Shown one piece after another: positions 1 to 10,650 of a stretch of DNA of 64,000 nt. The position numbers were made by a program, and so were the translations under genes. The stretch's first letter is position 1; every line of letters begins with the position of its first letter. Source of the stretch: Squalus acanthias. Lineage: Eukaryota. The notes below the pieces were generated by a model. The model was not told the DNA's origin, ran no database searches, and saw only the letters and a list, made by a program, of their open reading frames with translations. Location: contig CM059431.1 in the NCBI GenBank assembly GCA_030390025.1, positions 103,232,001-103,296,000 of the forward strand, given 5' to 3'.

Positions 1-570
1 CCCCTTAAAATGCATCGATGCTACTCGCCTCAACCACTCCCTGTGGTAGCAGAATCCCCACAGTGCAGATAGAGGCCATTTCGGCCCATCGAGCCTGCAC
101 CGACACATATCCCACCCTATCCCCGTAACCCCCACGTATTTAATCCCCCTAACACTAAGGGTCAATTTATCATAGCGACCAACCATCAAACCAAATCAAC
201 CTAACCTGCACATCTTTGGACTGTGGGAGGAAACCGGAGCACCCGGAGGAAACCCACGCAGACACGGGGAGAATGTGCAAACTCCACACAGACAGTCACC
301 CGAGGCTGGATTCGAACCCGGGTCCCTGGCGCTGTGAGGCAACAGTGCTAACCACTATGCCACCGTGTAGCGAGTTCCACATTCTCACCACTCTCTGGGT
401 AAAGAAGTTTCTCCTGAATTCCTTATTGGATTTATTAGTGACTATCTTATATTTCTCTGTCTGCCACATCAAACCCCTTTCATAATTTGTAAAGACCTCG
501 ATCAGGTCACCTCTCTGTCTTCACTTTTCTAGAGAAAAGATCCCCAGCCTGCTCAGTCTTTTCTGACAGT
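1..570 (-). mobile_element. CR1 LINE 3' fragment, split by an HE1 SINE (51-366)
   Basis: Antisense of the CR1 ORF2 C-terminus (NFFTQRVVRMWNSLPQGVVEA). The consensus ...GGTAGC|GAGTTCCAC is interrupted by the SINE. Confidence 0.9.
51..366 (-). mobile_element. HE1-type tRNA-derived SINE of elasmobranchs
   Basis: Minus strand has box A TGGCATAGTGG and box B GGTTCGAATCC, the GTGTGGAGTTTGCACATTCTCCCC...GGGTTTCCTCCGGGTGCTCCGG core, and a CR1-like tail. TSD GTAGC at 46-50 and 367-371. Confidence 0.88.
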
Positions 571-891
571 TGTTATCCTATTTCTCAAAAATGTAACATT
601 TGCATTGTTTACCCCACTGAGAGTTGAGCTGTCCCATCAGTCTATATCCTTTCTTCCCTCTGGCATTAGTACTGTCTGGGTTCCTTTTCATTTCTGTCTG
701 GTTTTCAAGCAGCCCCAGGATACTAGCTGAATGAGGGAGAGTTCTGATGCTTTGTCTTCAATCCTATGTGTATTAATATTAGGTGGTATGTTGTACCTTC
801 TTCAGCAAGTTGCCACATGCGTATCAAATTTCTTTTGGGTTACTGCTACAACAAACTCTCTACTCCATTCAAACCAGAACCGAGTGGGTAG

Positions 892-1232
892 AATAGAATC
901 ATAGAATGGTTACAGCACGGAAGAAGGCCATTCGGCCCCTCGAGCCCGTGCCGGCTCTCTGCAAGAGCACTTCAGCTAGTCCCACTCCCCCATCCTTTCC
1001 CCGTAGCCCTGCGAATTTTTTCCTTCAGGTACTTATCCAATTCCCTTTTGAAAGCCACGATTGAATCTGCCTCCACCACCCTTTCAGGCAGTGCATTCCA
1101 GATCTTAACCACTCGCTGCATAAAAAAGTTTTTTCTTATGTCGCCTTTGGTTCTTCTGCCAATCACCTTAAATCTGTGTCCTCTGGTTCTCGACCCTTCT
1201 GCCAATGGGAACAGTTTCACTCTATCTACTCT
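892..1232 (-). mobile_element. CR1 LINE 3' end
   Basis: ORF 972-1238 reads FPLAEGSRTRGH...NFFMQRVVKIWNALP. Microsatellite tail present. Confidence 0.9.
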
Positions 1233-2800
1233 GTACAACTATAAGCAAAGATTGAACAGGCTGGGGCTCTTTTCTCTAGACAAGAGAAGTCTGAGGGGGT
1301 GACCTGATAGAGGTCTTTAAGTATATGAAAGGGTCTGATAGGGTAGAAGATGTTTCCACTTGTAGGGGGAGACCAAAACTAGGTGCCATAAATATCAGAT
1401 AGTCACTAATAAATCCAATAGGGAATTCAGGAGAAACTTCTTTACCCAGAGAGTGGTGAGAATGTGGAACTCGCTACCACAGGGAGTGGTTGAGGCGAAT
1501 CGCATAGATACATTTAAGGGGAAGCTGGATAAGCACATGAGGGTGAAAGGAATAGAAGGTTATGCTGATAGGGTGAAATGAAGAGGGCTGGGAGGAGGCT
1601 CTGTGAAGGAATAAGCCATATAAGCTATTCAGAAAAATACACCATTCTATGAAAGAATTCTGGCCTTATTAAAACATGACAAACTGGGTCTGGAAATCTA
1701 GAAACCTAACTGAAAAAGCTATGATAGCATTCTGGCTATAGAGATAAGATAGTTGTTGACACTGAATCAATAACCTTATTGAAACAGAAGGTTAAAGGCT
1801 CCCACAGTCTGAATCTTTGGGAACAAACAATGGTTCACCCTGTACAAGGTGTTCTAATTTACACTTTGTAAAGAAGCACAAACATCTGCCTTCATATAAA
1901 TGACATCAAATAAAATGCACCTGCTGTTACACCGTTTTTTATGGTAAACTTAGAACACCTAGAGGAGAGACACGATTCTGTAATGCTACCAGCTGAGGTG
2001 ACTAAGAATTGTAGGGTTCAGCAGAAAAATGACTAGAGATAATTAGCTTACATCAGCAGAAAACCTTAAAGGAAATACCACTGGAAAAGGGTATAAATAT
2101 TGAACTCTCAAATGGGATAGTAGACTTGCTGTAAAGAGGCAAAGTGATTCTCAGGCTTCAGAGGCGGCTCTATAAGTCTCCAACTCTTCGTACCTCGGGG
2201 ATCAAAGGTACTGTATTTGATTTTGGTGGATATATCCTGAATAAGACTAAGAACTGTAAAACTGTAGCGAAGTTAAGATTTGAGAGTAGGTTCTCTGATA
2301 ATAGAATTACAAGCTTTCTCTTTTTGGAACTGTTAATGTTGCGATTGACTCACCAACTGCAAATTACATGTCGGTTCTTTAATAAATCTATATATTTTTA
2401 GAATTGTCTCACATAAGACTTCTGTATCAAACTCACAAACTCAATTTCTGTACACTCTGGTGAGGAGTTGCAGAATTCTGGGGGAGTTTTCCGGACCCTC
2501 ATAATATCCGGAACGTTACAGTCTAGCTAGACTTATTAAAAGTGCTATCTGGAGGACGGTAACATTTTCAGGTTGTTCCTTTCCTTTAGGGAGAGATAGT
2601 CCGGACCTTTAGACCCAATTAAGCGTCTTTAGGATTCGGCTACCTCAAACTTTAGTTGAAAGTGAACGTCTGAGGAATACGCCTGATCCGGGGTAGTTCT
2701 AAAGGGGCTAGGACTAGTAATTTTCCCTTCAGCTCGTGTGGAGCATAAACACTGGCACGGACCAGTTGGGCCAAATGGCCTGTTTCCGTGCTGTGAAATT
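1233..2800 (+). mobile_element. CR1 LINE 3' end, interrupted by a solo LTR (1602-2731)
   Basis: RLNRLGLFSL...RGDLIEVFK. The tail GGAGGAGGCTC|GTGTGGAGCATAAAC resumes after the insertion. Confidence 0.9.
1602..2731 (+). mobile_element. Solo LTR (1130 bp) of an ERV or Gypsy-type element
   Basis: TG...CA ends with TGAAGG/CCTTCA terminal inverted motif. Exact 4-bp TSD GCTC (1598-1601, 2732-2735) inside a known CR1 tail. TATAAAT at 2092, AATAAA at 2381. Confidence 0.82.
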
Positions 2801-2849
2801 CTTGGGCGATCGTGTACAGAATAAATTAGTCAACAGGAAACACATAGAG

Positions 2850-3300
2850 ATGCAACTTTAGGTATTCTACTGATCACTTCCATGTCATGATCATTGAAGA
2901 TTAGAAAGATTAAGGACCCAGGATTAATTGCTGTGAGAGTGTGCTAATTACTTCCCTCTAACCCCGAAATGGTGCAGTTTGAAGTCATCTTTTGTTATCT
3001 GCCCATATTTTGAATCCATTTTGGCATATCATCTCTAACTTCTTCGGCCTTTATCTTCTCAATGAGTCTATTTTGGAGGACTCAATCAAACACTCTGCAC
3101 ACATACAAATGCAGCATACACACGCTGGCCTTTTTGCTTGTGGTTGCTGAAAGAAAATTCAATAGGCCCATCAGCTGTATTCCCCTGTCTCTGCCCAATC
3201 TCATTTATCATGATCAGTTCAGACAAATGGGGTTGAATTGCATTTTGTATAATGATTTCCAATAATTTCCCTACAACTAAAGTTAGGCTATTGCAACCAG
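2850..3300 (-). mobile_element. Ancient, highly decayed CR1 RT fragments
   Basis: Minus-strand remnants SLTLVVGKLLEII and VLQNRLIEKIKAEEVRDDMPKWIQN resemble CR1 SLTSVVGKMLESI and VPHKRLLHKIRAHGV...WIENW. Confidence 0.6.
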
Positions 3301-3833
3301 TTCAAGCTATCATCCTTTTTTATTTAAATTATCACTTTGTACAACATGGTTGGTCTGAGAAATTTGCGATAGGTTACTTTTCTGCTGTGATCATTATTAT
3401 TGTCCTGGCAAAAGGTTTTAGTACAGGCACAATTCCATCATTTTGAGAGCAAAAGAACATGCAAAGACTATTGTTGGTCTATTAGGCAGTTCCTTCAAGA
3501 GCATGTACCATTTGGTCTGTCAGGGATTCCACCCAATGGGCAGGACTTTCCTCAGCTATCCCACTCAAAATTGGGCAGGTTGGCAATGAATAACAGAGCA
3601 AAAGCAAGCAGTGAGGTCCACTTCCGTTTCACCATCCCGATCTCAATTTCCCTCCCCTCATCCCTGCCGGATCCACTGCTGGTCGCTCTTTACCTGCTCC
3701 CCTAGCCAGAGAAGGGGGAGCTCCGCAGCCTGGGTTCCTGGCCCATTTCTCTCCGGTCCGCCTTAGTTGGCGCTGCTCCTCTGATCCACCAGGTGAAGCC
3801 TGCTGGTGGACCCTGGAGCAGCGGTGGGTTTAC

Positions 3834-4311
3834 AGTCTCGGCTGTGGCTCAGTGGGTCGCCCTCTCACCTCTGAGTCAGGAAGGCTGTGGGTTCAAGTCC
3901 CACTCCAGGAGACATGAACACAAAAATCAAGGCTGACACTCCCAGCGCCAGTGCTGAGGGAGTGCTGCACTGTCGGAGGTGCCGACTTTCAGATGAGGTG
4001 TTAAACCGAGGACCCGTCTGCTCTCTCGGATGGACGTAAAATATCTCATGTCACTATTTCGACGAAGAGCAGGGGAGTTATCCCCGGTGCCCTGGGGCCA
4101 ATATTTATCCCTCAACCAACATCACTAAAACAGATTATCTGGTCATTACCACATTGCTGTTTGTGGGAGCTTGCTGTGCGCAAATTGGCTGCCGCGTTTT
4201 CCTACATTACAACAGTGACCACACTTCAAATGTACTTCATTGGTTGTGAAGCGCTTTGAGACGTCCTGAGGTCGTGAAAGGCGCTATATAAATGCAAGTT
4301 CTTTATTTCTT
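3834..4311 (+). mobile_element. SacSINE1-like Deu-domain SINE
   Basis: tRNA-like head (TGGCTCAGTGG...GGTTCAAGTCC), Deu core (GGACGTAAAA...CACTATTTCG.AGAAGAGCAGGGGAGTT), tail AAAGGCGCTATATAAATGCAAG. Confidence 0.88.
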
Positions 4312-4856
4312 TAGTCCCCGATGGAGGGCTAGGTCTTGTAGTGACCTCATTTGCCTACAATTTGACCCCCAACGCCTATCTGCTGAGGCCTCGGACTCAG
4401 TGGGAGATTAGCTGAAGACTCTGGGGCTCTTCTGCCCCTTTTTGTTGCAGCGGTGGTTCTGCTACCAGCACCTCTGGAATTTCCTTGAGGGTCGCCGGTG
4501 GGCTTCCAGGTGTTGGTCGGAACCCTGCCACAGACGCCCAATGACCCCTGACCCAGATAAACTGGGCAAAAGTCATAGTCGGGTCAAGGCGACGGGGATA
4601 AATCCTATGCCAACACTGCTGAGGCAGGAAGAGGGAAATCGAATATACTTGAATTTCTGCAAAATTGTTTATTGACCTTCACCCCACTGCCCCGCCCTGT
4701 CGCCCCCTCTCACTCTCCAGTATTAGTTGAGCAAAAACATCTGTCTCTGAAGTTACAGTCAATACTGTTCAATGTTTTTTTGATTGCTTTTCATGGCATT
4801 AAATTCTGTAGACTTAACAGCCGCGAGGAATTCTTTTATTTCTTACGTCCCTGTAT

Positions 4857-5319
4857 AAGAAAGAAAGACTTGCATTTATATAGCGCCTTTCACGACCACC
4901 GGATGTCTCAAAGCGTTTTACAGCCAATGAAGTACTTTTGAAGTGGAGTCACTGTTGTAATGTGGGAAACGCGGCAGCCACAGCAAGCTCCCACAAACAG
5001 CAATGTGATAACGACCAGATAATCTATTTTAGTGATGTTGGTTGAGGGATAAACATTGGCCCCAGGACACCGGGGAGAACTCCCCTGCTCTTCTTCGAAA
5101 TAGTGCCATGGGATCTATTACATCCAGCTGAGAGAGCAGACGGGGATCGGTTTAACGTCTCATCTGAAAGACGGCACCTCCGACAGTGCAGCACTCCTTC
5201 AGCACTGCACTGGGAGTGTCAGCCTAGCTTTATGTGCTCAAGTCCCTGGAGTGGGATTGTGAACCCACAACCTTCTGACTCAAAGGCGAGTGTGCTACCC
5301 ACTGAGCCACAGCGGACAC
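4857..5319 (-). mobile_element. SacSINE1-like Deu-domain SINE
   Basis: Reverse complement of the 3834-4311 family. Confidence 0.88.
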
Positions 5320-5449
5320 AAGTAGAGTAGATTTTACAAACTTGCAATTCTGACACAGTGCAACAGAAGGGCATGTTTGGAATTTGGTTGTGGAGGTCAG
5401 TGGGAGATAAATTTAAGTGGCTGAAAAATACAACAGGATTTCTGCACCT

Positions 5450-5968
5450 GTAACCAGAGGACACAGATATAAGGCTATTGGCAACAGAACCAGAGGGGAG
5501 ATGAGGAGAATTTTTTTTTACGCAACGAGTTGTTGTGATCTGGAACGCGCTGCCTGAAAGGGCGGTGGAAGCAGATTCAATAGTAACTTTCAAAAGGGGA
5601 GTTGGATAAATACTTGAAAAGGAGAAATCTGCGAGGCTACGGGGAACGAGCAGGGGGGAGTGGGACTAATTGGATAGCTCTTTCAAAGAGCCGGCACAGG
5701 CACGATGGGCCGAATGGTCTCTGACGTAAGAAAGGCACTTGGTCTAAGCGTTAAACAAAGCTTTAATCAACTGTTTTTCAACATGGAGATCTAGTTGTGT
5801 CCTTCACTAGTTCCTGTTGAGGAATGTCCTGAGCAAGCTGGGCCCATGCCCGAGTATTTATACTTTCCCTGGACACCGCCACCAGCAGGCCGCCCAGTAT
5901 TACTTCATACATGAATGACAAGATTCATGTCAGTCTCCTTCTGTGCTGTATCATTCTATGATTCTATG
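5450..5968 (+). mobile_element. CR1 3' end, interrupted by a short solo LTR
   Basis: TRGHRYK...FFTQRVVVIWNALPERAVEAD. ATTCTATG tail. Confidence 0.85.
5722..5932 (-). mobile_element. Short solo LTR (211 bp), copy 1
   Basis: TGAC...GTCA ends. 5-bp TSD GTCTC (5717-5721, 5933-5937). TATAAAT and ATTAAA on the minus strand. Homologous to 16359-16584. Confidence 0.85.
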
Positions 5969-5992
5969 AGTTTGTGGTATACACTCTCAGAA

Positions 5993-6702
5993 TGTAAGAC
6001 GTGCGGAAATCGCCCCTCACCCTGTCAAACAGTTTCCAAAGTTCAGACCCATCGAACAGACAAGACAAAACCCAATGAATCTGTGAAAAACTTCTTTTAC
6101 TTAATAATCAGCAAGAGATTACAAGTAAGCATCCGACAGTTATGTAGCGTATAATAATTCCCGATTATACCTCAGCGTACACAGAGCTATATCTTTACTT
6201 TAAGCTCAGGCAAAACACCACATACGTACTAACATCAGCGAGTGGTCAATCCGGCAGTGACTAGACGTACGATTTCTGGCAATTGACCAGGTCGCCCGGC
6301 TGCAGCAGCGAGTGTGTTTTTTACAGCATCTTTTATACCTTAAAACTTGGCCACCCTCCCACTGTGTACGTGTCCCTAACTATACGGACAATGGTCATCA
6401 GTTGTTTTTCAGTTCTTCTTGTCAGTAGTTTGTTAAGCATCCGTGGGCTTCAAGGCCGATTACATTCCATAGTCTGCAGATGTTTCTGTTTTTGCACTGA
6501 TTCCTCACCTCAATAGTCTGTTCCCACAGAACTTTAAAAGTCTGTTTTCCTTATCTGTTGAAAGACAATTGGCAGCTTTCACAGCTTACTGCCATTGCAT
6601 CTCAGCAACCAGTCTCTTGGCCTCGCGAAGCATGATGGTACATAAAATCTGGTCAACTTTTCAAGTTACAGCAAAATTGACAGCAAATAGTGTGTTCTTA
6701 CA
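5993..6702 (-). mobile_element. Probable solo LTR (~710 bp), third family
   Basis: TGTAAGA...TCTTACA 7-bp terminal inverted repeat. TATAAAA on the minus strand near 6331-6337. TSD imperfect (AGAA/GAAA). Confidence 0.6.
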
Positions 6703-6842
6703 GAAAGCAAACATTTGTACCAGGCGTACAAATTCGTAAGTCTACTCTATAATCTTCAATAATTTTATATTTTCCGGCTTCAATTCAGAACAGGAATTGA
6801 AGCAGAGACTTTCTGGTCTGTACGAGTCCATTCATTAGATCA

Positions 6843-7191
6843 ACAGGGTAGATGCAGGGAGGCTGTTTCCCCTGGCTGGAGAGTCTAGAACCAGGGGTCA
6901 CAGTCTCAGGATAAGGGGTCAGCCATTTAGGACTGAGACGAGGAGAAATTTCTTCACTCAGAGGGTGGTAAATCTTTGGAATTCTCTACCCCAGAGGGCT
7001 GTGGATGCTCAGGCGTTGAGTATATTCAAGGCTGAGATCGACAGATTTTTGGACTCTTAAGGGAATCAAGGGATATGGGGATCAGGTGGGAATTGATGCC
7101 GAAGATCAGCAATGATTTATTGAATGGCGGAGCAGGCTCGAGGAGCTTTATGGCCTACTCCTGCTCTTATTTCTGATGTTCTTATGTTCTT
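6843..7191 (+). mobile_element. CR1 LINE 3' end
   Basis: RVDAGRLFPLAGESRTRGHSLRIRG. (TTCTTATG)n tail. Confidence 0.9.
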
Positions 7192-7426
7192 AACATCAAG
7201 AGAGCTCTGTTAGATACTTGGCGATACCCAGCTCACGTTCCCCGCTCCACATTAATATCCCTCTACCGCTCCTTAGTGTTTGCACTTAACTTGGTTGTAG
7301 CCTTGTGAATTCTATCAAGGTTTGTTATATTTATTGTGTAGCGACCTGGCAACATAAGTGTCGATTTTCTTCAGTCGTCATATGGCGGGGTGTGAGATTT
7401 GCGCCCACACGAGAGAAGCAGGTCCA

Positions 7427-7683
7427 ACCAGAGGCGACGTGAGGAAAGATTATTTTACACAGCGAGTTGTGATCTGCAATGGACTGCCTGAAAGGACGGT
7501 GGAAGCAGATTCAATAGTCACGTTCAAAAGGGGAATTGGATAAATACTTGAAGGGAAAGAAAATGACAGGGCTGTGAGAAAAGAGCAGGGGGATTGGATT
7601 AATTGAAGAGCTCGACCAAAGGGCCGGCACAGGCACGGTGAGCCGAATGGCCTCTTTCTGTGCTGTACGATTCTATGGATTCT
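7427..7683 (+). mobile_element. CR1 LINE 3' end
   Basis: TRGDVRKDYFTQRVV...GLPERTVEADS, followed by the tail. Confidence 0.8.
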
Positions 7684-8799
7684 AACCCTGACTTAAGCAG
7701 AAAGGAAAATCAGGCGGGATGTAAAACGGGCTTAGGACTCGCTATCGCCCGTTTCCTGCGACCGCCCAAGATCAATCTCGCCCCCAGTGTCTAACAAAAT
7801 ATGGCCCTATTACTGCTAAATTAATATTCTTATGTGTTCTGAGGGTATCTGAATGTACAGAGTGTGCAGCAAGCACAATAGTGTATGCTCAGCCACCAAT
7901 GAAGTTGTAAAGCTGTCACTTTCTGAATTGTCAATTTATCTTTGCATACATGAGGAGGCCTATACTTACTGTCACTTTAAAAAAAAATAATGTTTGAAAA
8001 CTATAATCAGAATTCATAAATTTTAATATTTAAAACAGTTCAGCTCATCGTTTCTTGGAAGCGATTTTTGTAGCCACAACACTCGTGTGCAAGATAGGAA
8101 ACCATAAAATAGAATGATAAAGAACGTGCTCAGGACAAACACTGTAACCTCTGGCAAGAGGTTGGAAAGGGAACAGTTGTTTGACCAGGTAGTCAACTTG
8201 GTTGACACTTGTCTATCTCAGCAAACAACAGAATTACAGCCTCAGGGAAAGTAATACCCAGGAGAGAATCCAGGCCATGGTTGTATATAAAGAAAACAGA
8301 TTTAAATAGCAGTGACACCAGAGCGAGGAGTACTGACCATGAATCTAAATGGATGGATTGCACCGCTGGATAGCTGCACACTGAGGGACATAATGATGAT
8401 GGATTCACAGTCAATGCATGACAAGCTGAAACATGGGCTTGTACAAAGAAGTTATTTCCCAAACCCAGTTTTAACACATTCATGTCCTCACTCCCAGAAA
8501 CTTCAGCATTGAAGATTTTTGTTCTGTGACTGTACCGAGCGTTATCGGTTGCTGTCAGCTCCTCTAGTCTTATCAGCCTCATCTGATAAATTTCATTATA
8601 GATCCATGACTGGAAACAAATCATTTAGTGAAACGTGATAGCGTCTGATTCGATTTTGTTTTACTTGATTTGTGTTGCCAGTAAACATACGAAGAATGAC
8701 GGACAGGTAAAGACCCACTGGTCCATCCAGCCTGTCTCACACAATTGTGATACCTTGTGTTTTTCCCCATTTTGTGATTTGTTTTAATATAAATACCTT

Positions 8800-9571
8800 G
8801 GGGAAGAAATTCATTACAGCCCCGTTTGGGGCACTAACTTTTAAAAGTTGAAAAATTAAGTGCCAGACGCAAATGTTCCTCAACTTTTTAAAAAAACTCG
8901 GTTTTGCGCTCCAGGAAGGAAGTGGATCAAGCACTAAATCAAGCGCTCCACTTCCTTCCTGGAGCTCCACAGGCAGCAGGCGGGGCGGTAGGTGAGCAGC
9001 ACACTGGGCCGTGCAGCGCTGCCGCGTTGGAAGGCTCCTTCCCTCCCTTAAAGGGAAGGGCCATCGCTGCAGACACAGCGAGGGGAAAACTTACCTGGTC
9101 CCCGACGGCAGCCGCGATCCTGCCCGATCAGCCCGATGCTCTGCAGCAGAGTGCCGGGCTGATCGAGAGCTGGGGGGTAAAAAAAAAGCAAAAAAAAAAT
9201 ACAGAAAACGAGCATTTGACTATTTTTTTCACCTACCTCGGCCACCTCGCCTTTAAGTATCGCCCCCCTGAAGCGCCCGGCCTCCCGATCGACGCCTCCT
9301 GCAGCTGCCGGTGTCGTCGCCCGGCGATGCTGCAGGGGGCGGAACCGAAGTTCGGGTCCGGGGCGCAACCGGGCCGATGCGCACGCCGATGACGCCACGA
9401 TCTCCGGGCGCATGAGATCGGGGCGCAACGCCGTACCGCCACCGCAAACCTCCCGCTGAATTTAGCGGGAGGCGATATTCTTGCCGCGCCCGGGCGGTAA
9501 GTGGTTAGCGCCCCGATAGCAGCCCCCTGGAGACGATAACGGGAGGCGCAAAGGTACCCAATTTCTCCCCC
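8800..9571. mobile_element. GC-rich non-autonomous DNA transposon (PIF/Harbinger-like MITE)
   Basis: TIR GGGGAAGAAATT / AATTTCTCCCCC. 3-bp TSD CTT/CCT. Inserted between units of a ~40-bp tandem duplication. Related truncated copy at ~46805-47200. Confidence 0.75.
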
Positions 9572-10650
9572 CCTGTGTTTTCCCCATTTTGTGATTGGCT
9601 TTAACATAAATACTGCTCTAATAATTGTTACCCTTCCAGGGTGTTATGCTGGATCAATGAGCAGATCTTTCTACATTATGTCAAGGTCTTGAAACACTGG
9701 CTGTCTGTCATGTTAAAATAATCAGAACCCTATCATCCTCAGTTACATAAAACCCAACTTCTGACTCTAACTCTAACCCTATCAAAACACCTTCATAATT
9801 TAAAAAAGTTCCATGAAGTAACCTCTCAGTCTCCTCTTTTCTAGATTAATGCCAAATTAATAGATTAATGAGAAGGTGGGAGGATTGGTATTAGACTCCC
9901 CACCCCACCCAAAACCATGCCATCTCCTGGGAGGAGAGGCGAAAAGCCAGATAAAAACCCAGGCCAATTTGGGGAAAAAAAATCTGGGAAAATCCTTTCC
10001 AACCCAGCTAAAGCCATAGTGCGGCATTGCATAAGAAAATACACGATGTTGGGGGCCATCATAAGGTGTGGGGCAGGCTTGATGGACCAGCTGATCTTTC
10101 CCTGCCTGCCAATTTCGTATCTTTGTATACATAAAGATATAGCAACATATGAAGAATGGACAACTCCACTGAAATTCAATGCATTGGCTTAGTCAATTCA
10201 ATCTGATCGATGGCCATCAAACTGGATGCTTCAGAACCCTATCTTCCTGAGTTACTTAAATCCCAATTGCTAACTTCAACTCGCCGGTGCTCCTGAGGGC
10301 GGGGGTGGAGGGGGAAGGTTCTCTGATCTGGTGCGCCCAGCGAGGAGCGGGACTCACAGGGAGCATTGTGGGCACGCGGCTTGTGACCTTCTGTAGATTC
10401 AGAATCCCTCTCTTGTTTGGTGTCTTCTTGATTAGTAGCGAGTCGGTGTCAATGTTGACAAATGGAAGGTTTTGCATGTTGGAAGTAAAGATAGGCAAAT
10501 GGATAGGAGAGAACTTACCAAGGAGGTACAGTAGTTGACAAAGACGGAACTTAGTTGTTGGTCACCATGACTAAACAGTACGTTAGAGTAATATTATTAT
10601 ATGTAATAAATAAAGAAAATGGGTTGCTGGGTTTTATTGCCAAATCAGTT

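Noticed and set aside
296..366. tRNA gene
   Set aside because: Box A and box B belong to a SINE head that continues into SINE body. The same applies to the SacSINE1 heads.
8904..9607. Cluster of overlapping 80-160 aa ORFs in CpG-island-like DNA
   Set aside because: They lie inside a GC-rich MITE with TIRs, TSD and a second copy. The ORFs are a by-product of GC content.
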